64,000 bases of DNA. Origin: Octopus sinensis. Its lineage: Eukaryota. Shown here in pieces: positions 12,260 to 26,078 of this stretch. The notes below the pieces were generated by a model. It saw only the letters and a list, made by a program, of their open reading frames with translations. It ran no database searches and was not told the DNA's origin. The stretch is taken from NCBI RefSeq assembly GCF_006345805.1, contig NC_043012.1:14260001-14324000 (forward strand), read 5' to 3'. How positions within the stretch are numbered: position 1 is the stretch's first letter; each line of letters starts with the position of its first letter. Both the position numbers and the translations under genes were made by a program.

Positions 12260-14526
12260 TAGCAAAATTAATAATATTAACTTAAAATTCACTTACTTCT
12301 CACGTCAACCTTTGGTACCCAGAATTTGATTTTTCGTCACATTGCCTTTTCTGTCATCTTAGAAAGGCTTCTGTTCATTAGCTCTGATTTGTCTAGTGTC
12401 ACCTCTTCTTAGGCACTCCCGACTTACCTGAATCTTCTCTCATCACCTTGATTATGTGTAGCATCTCCCGGCATCAATGAACACCTTCACTCTTCATTCA
12501 CCTCCAGAAATTTTCAGATTCGCTCCCTTGCCGTGTTTTTTTTTTTTTTACAACTGATAATTTATATCGGTTCTAGTGAAACATTTTTGCATCCTGATCT
12601 AATCCATCTCCGAGAGTTGGTAAAGTCTAGGATCGCACCATCCCTCCAGAATAAATCATTGTAATTAAACATTTCACATACACAAAGCAATTTAGTAAAC
12701 AATTTGGTTTTTGTATATGATGGAAATTATTATTAAATAAGCAAAGCAAGCGAACTTAGAATGCATAAAAGTGTGCGTTGGAAGCAGGTATGTTGAACAG
12801 TCAAGAAATACACTCCGTGACCTTCAGATCTGGAATTTAGTCGTAGTGGACATTTTTTCTACGACAGTCTCGGATTTACGCAAGCATTTTAATCGTAATC
12901 TGAAGAGATAGAGGTTACGTGAAACTTCATCGGATAGACTTTATATTCAGTTCAAAAAGCCATCCTTGTCATATAAACTATCGGATTAACATTGCCACAA
13001 AATCTACGGGTAGAAGTGTATCTGGTATACTCAACCACTTCAGTATAATGTTTACCGTTTGTTGATATGACTGTTGATATGACGATGCATCTTTAAAACT
13101 CACAAAGGATTCTAAGAAAAGAACACTGTGCGTGTGATGATGGTGGTGGTGATGATGATGCTGGGGTTGTTTTCTGTTTGTATGCAAATAAAAGATCTTG
13201 TTCGATTCACTTTTAGACATCAGTTGTATATTTTTATAATTTTATTTTCGCCGTTCATATGCAACTGAATTTTTTATGTTCTTCACTCCATTTCCATAAT
13301 GGCCAAATGTTTTTTTCTTCATTCTAGCACATTTAATAATCATTTCTAAGATAATGCAAAAACCAGATTTTTTAATGAGTAAATAGAGTTCACATCTATC
13401 CTTTAAAGACATTATCCACTTACAAACAGAGAAAGGTAAAATTTCAACGGCTGTAGAAATTCAGCTTATACAGTTATCTAAAATAAATTCCACCAGAAAT
13501 TTAACCCACCATTCTACTGTTTATGCCCCACGTGGTCGCCATTAATAATAAATATTTCCAGCATCATATTGAGACCCATTTTCTTAATTACTTATTCCTT
13601 CAAGAATTGGCTTCTCTCCTAGCAAAGATAAACCAATTTATCTCATAATTTTTTTATGACAAAGTAAAATATATCCGTATATGAGAAACTTTTAAATTAT
13701 TAAACGATAATATAGAAATTGTGTTTTTTTTTCTAGTTATTTTCCATAATTCTGCATTTTTATGAGATATTTGTGAGCGCTGTGTGACCTCATATACAGG
13801 TTTCATTTATAATTGCTTCAACGTGATTAATGTATTGTCTTATTTCATGCTCTCACACTCTCTTTATTTCCGATCTTCTAGATTTCATTTCATTGATTTT
13901 TGTGTCTTATGTTATTTGTATAGTTGTTCAAATTAGACGATTTGAGACAGTTATATTTATTTCATTTTTATGTCTGGCTATTTTAATACAAACTTTATTT
14001 CATCAGTTTTCTATTCATGGTGTTCGATGTTAGTTTGTTTACATAGAGATATGAACTACACACACACACACATATATATATGAACTTTTATAACATTTCT
14101 GCAACATTAACATTTATTAGATTTCTCATATTGTCTTGTTGATCATAGTCACTTGTAGACATAGATATCAATACATTCTCATTGTTGACATGTAGTGTCA
14201 CCATTTAGTCTACTAAAGATAGAGCAGTGCCTATGCGTCTTACAACCGACTCTAACTAATGTCGGCAAAAAGGTTAACACTTCACTTGACACATTGCGAT
14301 ATTGATAGAAGAGATATACTTTTAGTCGGTATAGCGGACAATTTAAATGCCCTATTTTAGAGGTAGAAGTAGGTGTCGCTCGCCTTCACATACCGACAAG
14401 GAATTGAAACATATTTTATTTTTGTTTTTATCCTCATAGCATTTTTTGATAAATAAAGTTATGTTATTATATATCTGTTTTTTTTTATAAACATAAATCT
14501 ATCCTCAAATATCTTACGCACCCTGA

Positions 14527-14589
<63 letters not shown>

Positions 14590-14759
14590 ATATGCATCGT
14601 TGCTATGTCCAAGTTTGGCCAAATGCTATTTTTTTCACTATTTATTTGTGCTTGCAATAGCCTCTTCCTTTGGTCAAACTGTCGTATATACAGCTGCTTC
14701 AGATGGCAAGATATCAAGTATTGTCAAAGTGTAATACAACGGTGAAACTATATTTTCTC

Positions 14760-14828
14760 GCTCCACACGTAATAATCAAGAGGGCTGCAGTCTGGAGAGT
14801 TAGGTGGCCAGACATCATCTACCCCTAC
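14760..14828 (-). mobile_element. Tc1/maT-like transposase fragment
   Basis: Encodes WPPNSPDCSPLDYYVW. Same family as 15880-16327. Confidence 0.65.
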
Positions 14829-14857
14829 ATACACACATACATACATACATACATACA

Positions 14858-14891
<34 letters not shown>

Positions 14892-14977
14892 CATACATAC
14901 ATACATATACATACATACACACATACAGACAGACAGACAGAAAGACAGACATGTATAAATACATAGTTGTTTATATA

Positions 14978-15807
14978 CGAAGTGGTATCGAAAGGTACCC
15001 GGACTAGTTATGTTTGATAACTCTTTCGAAATAATCAGCCAGCACAGTAATACACCGGTCAAAGCTTTCCTGCCACTTTTGTAATTCGACCTGGAATCTG
15101 TTTTCCGTAAGCGAGTCAAGGAGCTTCTGCGATTCTCCCTGTGATAAAACGGTGACAAATCCTTTCAGACACATTTTTATCATGAGGAAGGGATGGAAGT
15201 TTGCAGGTTCTAAATTTGGCAAATAGGGCGGCTGCAGAAGTGATACCACGTTGTTTTTGACGAGAAACTCACGAGTGAAGCAGGCACAGTGAAGAATCCA
15301 ACTCTTCGAACAGATCCGGTCATTTTCGCCGAATATCCTCCCTCAAACCCATCAAAACGTTGTAGTAGCTCTCGATTGGCTGTCTGGTCCTGGGGGTGGG
15401 GTAAATTCTCGATGCAGAATACCACAATTCCGTGCCAGGTCTTCCAGATTGTTCATCATCTTCCAGCGATGTCCTTCCGTGTTTGAAATGCTCGTGCAAC
15501 TCGAAGCATTGCGCACAACCCACTGCCTCATTGCTGAAAACTTGCCGAAGGATGCTCAATATTACTGTAGCAGACTTTCCAAATTTAACGCAAAACTTCA
15601 CGTTGGTCCTTTGTTCCAACTACCTGTCCATAACAAAATCGCAAACCACAGCATACACGTGGTCACAGAAAATACAAATTTAGCAACTTGCGAACTAAAC
15701 ACAGCGATGTCATTCGACACTCTGCGTCGTGAAGTTTACTGCTATATCTTACTGCCATCTGTTGGTGCATCACAGAACTAGTCGAGAAACTCTATGATAT
15801 CACCTCG
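14978..15807 (-). mobile_element. Internally deleted mariner transposon
   Basis: TA flanks at 14976-77 and 15808-09, imperfect ~30-bp TIRs (CGAAGTGGTATCGAAAGG.. / CGAGGTGATATCATAGAG..). N-terminal MEQRTNVKFCVKFGKSAT..LEDDEQSGRP and a PPY.P.L.P..F motif are present. 830 bp. Confidence 0.9.
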
Positions 15808-15879
15808 TATCTCGTAAAATTCAATGGCTTCAGAGTAATGAAATTTTAAATCCATAAAGAAGTGGGTAGCTGCTTGAAA

Positions 15880-16327
15880 ATCCTATATCTGGGAACTGGA
15901 CTCTGTAGCATACCACTCAATTAGGAGAACCCAGTCATGGTTGTCAATCAATTTCTGCGGCCACATCACCCCTAACATCTAGCCACCTTACTCCCCAGAC
16001 TGCATCCTCCTTGATTACTATGTTTGGGGGCGCAATTGAATGAGAGACCAACCAAACGCTTTGTCACACCAAAGATGAACTGAAGGCAAAGACAGCAAGG
16101 AATTAACTAACATACAGAAGTAGACCGTCAAGATGAGTTACAGGAGATTCCAAAGCAGTCTGGAGGCCGTGGTTGAAGCCAATCACGATTTTATTGAATA
16201 CATTTACTCGTTAGTATTTCAAGATATTTCAATGTAATTTTGGTAAATATATCTATTAAAATGAGATGTCAGTGTTATTTTCATATTTGCGTAATTTAGA
16301 CGACAGTTTATTCACTACACACTCTAT
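15880..16327 (+). mobile_element. Tc1/maT-like transposon 3' remnant
   Basis: Decayed RRTQSWL..NF..HITPNI*PPYSPDC..LDYYVWG...TKDELKAK followed by a TIR-like end at (TA)n. Confidence 0.7.
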
Positions 16328-16410
16328 ATATATATATATATTTACATATAGGTACGCCTATATACGCGCATATGTATATATATAAGTATATTTACATATG
16401 TGTAAATATG

Positions 16411-16453
<43 letters not shown>

Positions 16454-16477
16454 GTATATGTAAATATGTATGTATAT

Positions 16478-18664
16478 TATACAAGCCATATGTGACAAAT
16501 ATGTCCCAATGTGCAGGGCCAGCACACACAAGAATAAAAACAGGATCCCTAGAGAAAGGAGGATTCTTATGAGACGACGGACAAGGATTGCAAACCGCCT
16601 GAGCAAGCACACCAAAAGTGGTGAGAAGTCTCGGCTCGAAAGAATGCTAATGGAAACTGAGAAAAGTCTACATCAGTCCCATGAAAAGGAGAGAGCAGAT
16701 AAAGAAGCTTGGGTAATAGAAAATATAAAATCAAACCCTAAAGCTTTCTTTAAGTTTGCCAAAGAGACAGCCACAGTGCACCAGAGAATAGGACCTCTCT
16801 TCCAAAAAGATGGCTCTCTCACAGGAAATCCCACGAGGATAAGTGAAATACTGAACGAACAGTTCCAAAGTGTGTTCACTACACCTCTAGGACACAGGCA
16901 AGTAAACAACCAGAAGAATTCTTTGCCACTTTACCAGCGGCCAAAGAGACAAAAATTGAGTACATCAACATCGAAGAAGATGATATCACACTAGCCATTG
17001 ATGAGATTGACACAAACTCAGCTGCTGGACCTGATGGATTCCCAGCGATCCTTCTCAAATCGTGCAAACGAGCCCTTGCAAAACCGCTACAGCTTCTTTT
17101 TCAGAGCTTTCTTGCAAGTGGTAAGCTCCCAGTCAAACTGAAAGAGGGGGTAATATGCCCTATCCATAAGGGAGGTAGCAGAGCAGATGCTAAAAATTAT
17201 AGGCCTATCTCTCTGACCTCACACATCAGCAAAGTCATGGAACGAATAGTCCGTAAGAAACTAATCATGTTCCTTGAAGAAAATGACTTACTGTCTGACA
17301 CCCAGCATGGATTTCGACCAGGTAGAGGCTGCCTAACACAGCTCCTGCAGCACTATGACTGGGTGTTGAAACAGCTACTAAATGGCTCAAATGTGGATGT
17401 AATATATCTTGACTTTGCAAAAGCCTTTGATAAAGTCGACCATGGTATGATCTGTCATAAACTGCGTGGTCTCGGCATAGGCGGGAAACTTGGAGAGTGG
17501 CTGCACAACTTCCTAAAAGACAGAAAACAGGCAGTTGTGAGCAATGGAGCCACCTCCAGGAAACGCAAATAACAAGCGGTGTCCCACAGGGCACTGTCTT
17601 GGGGCCACTGATGTTCATAGTGGCCCTTTCAGACATGCCTTCAGTTGCTACGATGACCACCCTTGCTAGCTATGCAGATGACACAAAGGTCTCCCACGCA
17701 ATACAGAACCCTGAAAATATTGCGCATCTGCAACATGAGCTGGACACAATATACAGGTGGGCTGAGGACAACAACATGCAGTTTAATGCAGGTAAGTTCC
17801 AGGCCCTGCGCTACTGGCACACAAAGGTAAATGACGTGAAGACTGGATACACTGGCCCAGGAAGAATTGCAATCCCTGAGTCAAAATCAGTGCGTGACCT
17901 GGGCATTGACATGAGCAATGATGCATCTTTCCAAATGCATATTGCTAATCTGGTGATAAAATGCAGACGGCTAGCTGGATGGATTCTCCGAACTTTCAGA
18001 ACAAGAGAGAAGGAGACACTGATGGTCCTATGGAAAACATTTGTCCTCAGCCGCTTGGACTACTGCTCCCAACTTTGGTCACCACACAATATAAAACAAA
18101 CAGCAGAACTCGAAGCAACTCAGAGAAGCTACACAAAGAAAATCGTCTCAATGCAAAATGTCAGCTACTGGGAAAGACTGAAGGTATTAAACCTCTTCTC
18201 CCTGGAGCGGAGGCGGGAGAGATATGCAGTAATATACATCTGGAAAATCCTGGAGGGTCTTATCCCAAACTTTGGCATTCAAAGTTACTCCAACCGCAGA
18301 ACGGGGCGCCGCTGCGTGGTGCCAAGGATTCCAACATCACCATCAAAATACAGGTCCAGATACTGCAACAGCTTGGGTTTCAGAGGACCACAGCTTTTCA
18401 ACATCCTCCCTAAATGCCTGAGAGACTTACATGGTGTGGATGTGGGTTTCTTTAAAACTAAACTGGATCCCTTCTTGTTGGGAGTCCCAGATGAACCTAC
18501 CTCACGACAGGAGACACGGATGCGGGCAGCAGCATCGAACTCCCTTGTTGATCAAGTGCCACGTATCAGAGGTGGATTCACAAACTAGTGTGGCTCATTC
18601 AGCGGTGGTGCCCCAGCATGGCCGCGGCCTTCGGGCTAAAACATTTTTAAGGATTTAAGGATTT
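16478..18664 (+). mobile_element. 5'-truncated CR1/L2-group LINE (reverse transcriptase), near intact
   Basis: Motifs SAAGPDG, NYRPISLTS, QHGFR, YLDFAKAFDKV, GVPQGTVLGP and YADD (17671-17682). Two frameshifts (~16905, ~17560), stop at 18588, 3' tail (TTAAGGAT)n. Both ends lie in (TA)n. Confidence 0.95.
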
Positions 18665-18789
18665 ATATATATATATATATATACATACATATTTACATAT
18701 ATGTAAATATATATATATATGTGTGTGTATATATATGTATAAATATGTATGTATATATATATATATATATAAATATGTACGTATATTTA

Positions 18790-18829
<40 letters not shown>

Positions 18830-18832
<3 letters not shown>

Positions 18833-19038
18833 CCACGTGTGTATCGTTGGCGATTGTTTTTCTTCCGTCTTCCCTTCCTTGGATCTTTCCTTTTCCTGTG
18901 TTTCTGATGAAGAGCTCCGCTCGAAACATTAAATCATCCTCCTTTCTTTCCTTTCCTGAGCGTCCAATAACACTAAATTTGTTCCACGTCCTCGCGTTGT
19001 TGTTGATTTTCTCTTTCTGTTTTCATGTTTGGACAAAC
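18830..19038 (+). mobile_element. Hammerhead-bearing element, H1-related, canonical core
   Basis: 18900-18934 reads gttt-CTGATGA-a-GAGC-tcc-GCTC-GAAAC-ATT-aaat. Shares downstream ttcctgagcg with the H1 copies. (TA)n on both sides. Confidence 0.75.
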
Positions 19039-19379
19039 TATATATATATATATATCACCAATCATCATTCCCTCTTTCTACCAAGTTCATTAATTCATTT
19101 GATATTGCTTTCAAATTTCATATCCACACCACCTACTTTCACATTTGCACACATTTCTCTCCACACTCACAACACTGACATAAAGTACTTTTAATCTTAG
19201 TCAATGCTTTGTGCTACAGAGTGCTTCACCATTTCTCGTTTACTTTTGAAACCAAACGCTATTAGAATCTTTACATTTATTTTACATATTTCCGATATAA
19301 CTTTCAACATCCGAGACCGATTACAAGTTAACTGTTTTATTTTTTCCGTAATTGGTGTCCCTACATATGTATATATATG

Positions 19380-19443
<64 letters not shown>

Positions 19444-20336
19444 AGAGAGAGATATATATAACTATATATATATGTGTGTGCGTGTGTGTGTGTGAGTGTG
19501 TGTATGTGAGTAGGTGTGTATGTATGTATGTATGTGTATACGTACATACATACAATATAGACACACGTGCATATATCTATAGATGAAATATGTGTGTATT
19601 CTTTGAAGGACAACTTTTTCAACATTAATGATCAATCAAATCACCGTATTATATTTTGATCCATGGAGTGAGACACACTTACCTGCATGTGTGTGTGTGT
19701 GTGTGTGTGTATTAGTCATTACTAGACCTGTAACCTGGCGTAGAACTCTTTATACGTATGTTTCAGAACGAAGTAGTGGCTGAGTATAGAAAGTTCATAA
19801 GAAAGATGACAAAAGAAGAAAAAGTTATCTCATGAACGGCATTGGCTTAGTTGTTTCTCCTATACGATGCAGTGGAGTCATCAGAAGTTGTTACTCAAAC
19901 ACTCAACTATGAGTGCACTGCATATTGTAACAGAAACAGCCGGGAGCTAATCTGGGTCATAATATAACGGTTTATTACTTTGTCGTCTTACTTTCTTATT
20001 ACCACTCTATACTCGACAGACACTTCGTTCTGAAGCATATTTATTGAGTTCTAGACTATGTTATATGTGTATGTGCGTGTGTGTGTGTGAGTATGTGTGT
20101 GTGTCAAAGTATATATATATATATACATATCGCTTTTGAGAAGGTTACATGCGTCATTATGCCAAGTTCCTCGATTCCGAACGTAGTGGTGTCTATACTG
20201 AGCCATTTGATTCCTCTTCACTAGTCAGCGCTGGTATTATTGTACGTCTGTACATATGTACTCTTTGATATTTAAGCTACTCCGATTCTCGTTGTTTCTG
20301 TCCATGTCCAGGGACTCACACACAACGGACACAGAC

Positions 20337-20393
<57 letters not shown>

Positions 20394-20482
20394 CTGCGCA
20401 GAGATTTGAAAAGTTAAGATCTGCAAGTTGTTTAGATCAACACATGGTCTAACACGCTGCGCATCTCAATTTAACTCAGGAT

Positions 20483-20562
20483 TCTCGCTGATGAAACCGG
20501 CCTTAGCAAACATATTCTGTCTGTTTTGCTAGAAAGAGGTAGAAACTGATATCAGTCCGGGA
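20483..20562 (+). ncRNA. Type I hammerhead ribozyme motif inside a (TA)n-flanked element ~20394-20780
   Basis: Stem I tctcg/cggga, core CTGATGA (20488), long stem II (acc/ggt plus tagcaaa/tttgcta), then GAA-ACTG-atat-CAGT-C. Predicted GUC cleavage after 20557. Confidence 0.75.
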
Positions 20563-20796
20563 TGTATCGTTATTGGTAAATGTTTTTGATTTTCATTTTC
20601 GATAAATTTATCCCCTTTTTTGTGTCCCTAGCACTTGGCATCCTTATTTAGGAGCCCTTAATTATATTTCTACATGAATAATATTTTTCTATATGAATAA
20701 TATTTTGTCTAATGACTAATTCGTCCTTTGTGCTGGGCCACTGGTAGTAATCTATATTATTACCCTTTTTGTTTATATTCATATATATATATATGT

Positions 20797-20862
<66 letters not shown>

Positions 20863-20939
20863 TATTAAATATGCTTTAAATATATTTTTAAATATATGCG
20901 CTGTTTATGAAATGCTCATAGAGAGCCTTTGGATCCTTT

Positions 20940-22125
20940 TTATTTCTGTACCTTTAACCTAGAAATTTAAACCTCACTTGTTTGACCTCGAACATCTTTT
21001 ACACGTTCTTACTTGTATATTTATCAACCTGTTATTCTCTTTGCACCTTCCTCATTTATCACGCATAACTCCTTACGTGTGATTTTTATTTATGTGTAAT
21101 TTTATATGTATTTTTATATATTTTTATATATCTTCTACATTTTTCTCCCTATTTCCTCTATCCATATCTTTAGATCTTTAGGGATAATTCCCAGTTCAGT
21201 TTTATTACTGTAATTCTATGGCTATTTTTTCTATACCTTTCAGTTTAACTTTTTCCATCATTTAGGATTGTAAAGTCAATTATTTGGCACTTTCTATTCT
21301 CTTTATCTACTACTACTACTAAATCAGGCATTCTAGCTTCTATAACTCTGTCAGTATGACTTTTCAAGTCCCACAACATCTTGTGTCTCTTACCTTCTAG
21401 TACTTTACTAGGCTCATGTTCCAACCATTTATTAGTATGTTCAAATCCCAGTTTTCTACATAACTCCCAGTGGATTACTGTCCCTAGATTGTCATATCTT
21501 TTGTTGTATTCTTTCTGTGTTAGTATGCTACATTCACTTACTATATGAGTATCGATTTCCTCTTTTAATCTGCACAACCTACATAGGAAATGTACTTGGT
21601 TTTTGTCTATCTTGGTTTTTATTCAATTTGTACTTGAGCTTTCGCAGCAGCTAACAAACTTTCTTCTTCCTTTTTAGCTTTTTCTTTCTGCAACCATAGT
21701 CTCACTACTACTACTATTTGCTGCAACGCTTTCTTCTGCCAGTCACATCATTTCTGTTCTTTTTTCTGTTTTTTAACTTCGTCTGGGTTTTCGGTTTCCC
21801 TGTCTTGCTGTGACTTTAACACAGCTGTTAATAAACTTTCTTCATTATTAACTACATATGAATCGATATCTACTCTAGCTAACTCCACGCAGTCTTCTAC
21901 TGATATTAACCCTCTTCTGCCTTCATTTTGTATAATCTTGCTACTCCTGCCCTTGGGTAGAATCCTCCATTCATATTGAATTCCTTACTAGTTCTGTCTA
22001 GCTTTGCTGAGGATCTAAGTAATGATTCTGCCCAAGCATTTACAGCCTCCACTAGATTCGAACCATTTAGCTTTCCCTTCATTAGCTTGTTCATCCTTCT
22101 GATGTACTCGTCAATTTTCGTCTTC
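20940..22125 (-). mobile_element. R4/Dong-like RLE non-LTR retrotransposon remnant
   Basis: CR..EEIDTHIVSECSILTQKEYNKRYDNLG..IHWELC..LWD...TDRVIEARMPDLVVVDK..CQIIDF, with upstream KLNGSNLVEAVNAWA..ARLY. Confidence 0.85.
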
Positions 22126-22149
22126 ATTACTGAAGTTAGTTCTCAGTCA

Positions 22150-23040
22150 GATTCAAATACTAAAGGAAATTATTCTCAAAAGACAGTACCCAGAATCATT
22201 AGATGATAATGGAATAGAACGGGCCAAGGCAATTGATATCCAAGACTTACGAAAACCGAAACAAAACAACGTACATTAAATAGTCTCCCATATCTCCCAA
22301 CACACAATCTAAGAAATACAAAACATCCCACGTTTAAAAAATGCACTCGAAACCCAGAAAATAATAAAAAGCAAGAGACAACCCAGTTCTGTATTTAAGA
22401 GATGTGGAATTATATACATTATTTACACTTAACCGACATTTGTCCTCATCTGGTTTGTTGTTAACACAACGTTTCGACTGACATACCCTCCAGCCATCAT
22501 GTGGTATCTTGGGGAAATTTTGAACCTGGGTTCTCATTGCTAAAAAACGTACTCACCAATACCTAAAACTTACCAATCCCTAAAAGACTTACTCACCAAT
22601 GCAAAATTACCCAATACAAGCCCAACACCCATCGTCAAAAAATGCGATCGCTCTAACTGCGGGACCCGCATCCACCTCATTGAAGGAAAAATATATAAAT
22701 TGTAATCAGGACACATTTGTCGTAAAAAGTAACTTTACATGCCCATGAGAAAATTTACTTTATGTCATTAGGTGTGAAGCGTGCCACAAAGACTACATAA
22801 GGCAGACTAGTCTTACCCTCAAAGATAGTATGACTGTCTACCGCCAACAATTGAGGGATCCTACCACAAGACATATACTACTTAGTGGCCACTTAGACCT
22901 CTGTGCAAAAAATAAGTCCTACATATTCCTAGTTTTGCCACCGTACCAATGACCAGACGGTACCACTGACCAGACACGGATAAATAACGAAAATATCCTA
23001 ATACAAAAATACAGACCACAACTCATCATACTCTAACATC
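22150..23040 (+). mobile_element. Penelope-like element remnant (zinc finger + GIY-YIG endonuclease)
   Basis: LKEIILKRQYPESL..GIERAK, then KKCDRSNCGT, then from 22752 NLLYVIRCEACHKDYIRQTSLTLKDSMTVYRQQ..SGHL, the PLE N.IY.I.C..C...YIGQT...L..R pattern. Confidence 0.85.
22410..22543 (-). mobile_element. Decayed copy of the hammerhead element at 57480-57580, inserted in the PLE remnant
   Basis: Minus strand aatgagaacccagg..ttccccaagata..ggctggagggtatgtcagtcgaaacgttgtgttaacaac. Confidence 0.75.
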
Positions 23041-24580
23041 TAAAAAAAAATATACTTGGTGTGCCGAAACAATAATACACTACCCCTATCCCCAGGTACA
23101 CATCCACAACAAACACACACAGATGTACAAACGCACACACAGATACAATGCACCCCACACACACAGAGACACATGCACACACGCACAAACACAAAATCCT
23201 CAAGCTCGATCACAAGCCGACACACAGTATAAGAAAAAACACATATATACACACTCAATACGATTCTGGCAATCCCAACCAGCGTTCACTGACATACACA
23301 CACATACATATGTAAACAGGTGCATGCACACACTTACACGCACCGCAAATACCTGCTGATCTACCTGTTTTAAGTAGAAGATCAATAGTCGACCAGAGTT
23401 GAGAAAGTAAACTTTATCAATTCAATCGTCCACGACATCGCCACTTCAAAGACCAACATCATCACCACGACGACGATGACTGATACTGGCGCCTACAAGC
23501 ACCGTTGTTCGCTGTCACCACTGCCTTTGCGTGTCACGACGAGGATAGTTGCTGTCGCCACTGACTGCCTTCTTCCAGACTACTACAACGCCATGTAACA
23601 CCAACACCACCACCGACCACTACCACGAAATTTCCCTTCATCACAAACAACAGCGATGTAGACAGCCCCTATCACTAGCACTGCTGCCAACCGACAGCCA
23701 TCCCTCCACCGCAGCCCTCACTGTGATCTCTATCTTTTGGAGCATTGCTGTTGCTATCACAATCACCAGACTAAACGGTGTCATTGCTCTTTCGGCTATA
23801 CAAGCTAAATATAACGTTATTTTTTCATGTAAACTTACATGAATATATCTACACACATATATGTGGTGTGTGCGTGTGTGTGTGCGTGTATGTAGATACA
23901 TAAGATCTTTAAAGTTTGGCTGCCACTTTTCAATTTCTTCGATTTTTTCCAACTGATTTCATATTTGGTGTTTTGGTATAGCTTTGTATGGTAATCATTG
24001 ACAAGAAATTCATTTTCGCCATAAATAGATAATAAATAAAAAGTTAATGGCTTTCCAAGTTAGCAACTTGTGGGTAATTTTAGCCAATTGAAAGCCACAG
24101 TTGCCTGTTTCCATAGTAATAAGCCAAGCTGTTGCCAAGCTACTTACTCACGAGTTCATTTTTCGCTTTAAACACATGAGATATAAAATTGTCGCGAGAT
24201 GTGCTAAAAAAAACACAATAGCTAAATAGGCCTTAAATCACGCATCATTTTTTGTTGGGTTGGGTTTGCATAATCTTGTGAATTCCGCTTTGTAGAATAC
24301 AAATTCGCAGAAATTTTCTGAAAATTCCCAAAAGTAAAGAATGCGGTGTTATACAGCGTGTGTAATGCAGTATTCCCAATATTTGACTAGTTTACAGTTG
24401 ATAACACGTGGAGTCACGCACAAAATGACAGTTTCCAAATCTTGTTTCCTGCCTAGATATGAATTATCAAACTTTAAACCTATGTAACATTTTTCAAACA
24501 ACTTTTTCTGGAAAAAGTGAATTAGCCCCTGAGACTCAGCATGGCAAATTACATCCATACACCAAATTTTAAACTTTTCA

Positions 24581-24658
<78 letters not shown>

Positions 24659-24660
<2 letters not shown>

Positions 24661-24940
24661 AGTGCCTGTGTTTTAAGTCGCTTGCTTCCAAACTACATGT
24701 TACCGGGTTCAGACCCACTGCGTGGCACATTGGGTAACTTTCTTCTACTATGGCCACGGGACAACCAATGCCTTGGGAGCTGATTTGGTAGACAGAAACA
24801 GAAAGAAGTCCATCGTGTGTGTATACATACATACATACATACATATACATACATACATACATACAGATATGCATTTCTGTGTCTGTTTTTGTCCTCCCAC
24901 ATCGCTTGACAACTGATGTTTATATCGCCATTACTTAGCG
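24659..24940 (+). mobile_element. SINE family A, 5' part
   Basis: Head gggttcagacccactgcgtggcac followed by the central microsatellite. Confidence 0.8.
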
Positions 24941-25159
24941 TAAATATAGCGTAACTGAGCGTTTGTCAACAGAAGATCATGCATGTCTATGTTAGTAGAA
25001 AGCTTTAAGATGATAGTAACATTGATCATCAAAGCAGTCAATCTTTGACCAAGAAACTGGTTACTAATTCCCTCTTCGAATGGTATGCGTTTGCAATCTA
25101 GGAACAGGGAATATCAACCGGAAGAGACAGAGCCTCAGGAAAAACAGTTAAAAGTGACA

Positions 25160-25793
25160 ACCGATGCACTTTGTCCTAAAATGTCATCACGGTATAATTT
25201 ACCGATGAGATATGATGCGACTCTATAACGAGATCCGTCGGAAGGATAACCCCGAGACCAAGGAACTACGTATCTACAGTATAGTAGAAGCCGTAGCCAC
25301 TCATAATGAAAAGAACAGCTGGTGGAATTTCCCAGTAAAAACCTCAGTAAAGTAGACCTGACATAATGATTTGGGCTAATGCTGAGAATCTGTGTACAGT
25401 TGTGGAAATCAGCTGGCCCTGTAGCTGTTAACATAAAACTAAATACCTGTGAAAAAGAAAATACCTATACTGAACTATTGACAAATTTGCAGTTATTCTA
25501 TCCAGATTACAAGTACAGGTTTATACCTGTAATTATTGAAGCACTGGGATATAGAACACCCTGCCAAACTACCAAGCTTCAGGCTTCTTAAAACTAGAAC
25601 GGAGAAAGCTGATTCGAAGACTACAGATAGAATCAATCTCGTTAAACCTTAAAATTTTTCAGAAGTTTATCATTGAAGTATGTATGAGAATATCTCGATA
25701 CGTAAAGATATGCATGAACATACATATATAAAATAAAACATACAAAACTGCACATATACATACATACAAAAATACACTGTTGATATTGTTGAA
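25160..25793 (+). mobile_element. Second copy of the RLE retrotransposon remnant seen at 760-1500
   Basis: ENTYTELLTNLQLFYPDYKYRFIPVIIEALGY and the same 3' UTR (aatacactgttg..ttgaaatt). Confidence 0.8.
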
Positions 25794-26078
25794 ATTTTAG
25801 CGCCAGGAATACATTTCCTCCAGCTGGCTAACGACGCACTGTCTGTATCCGATTAGTATTTCCTGGGGCTAAAAACAGCAGTAACATCGTCCTCTATGTG
25901 ACCGCCACTTTTAGTTGGCAAATCTATTTTAGGATTCTGTACTGTTACTGTTTACCTCTCGCTCAGAGATTTAATCTAGCTTATTTCTCCTTTTTCGAGA
26001 CCAACGAGACTTTGTCGTTAGAAAAAGCAGGTATTTTGCAGGTGGAATGAGTTTTCATCGGTTTCTGATGATTGTCTT

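Noticed and set aside
19845-19890. Minus-strand CTGATGA-ctcc..gga-GAAAC hammerhead-like motif
   Set aside because: Stem I and the NUH site do not pair convincingly. At best a decayed copy.
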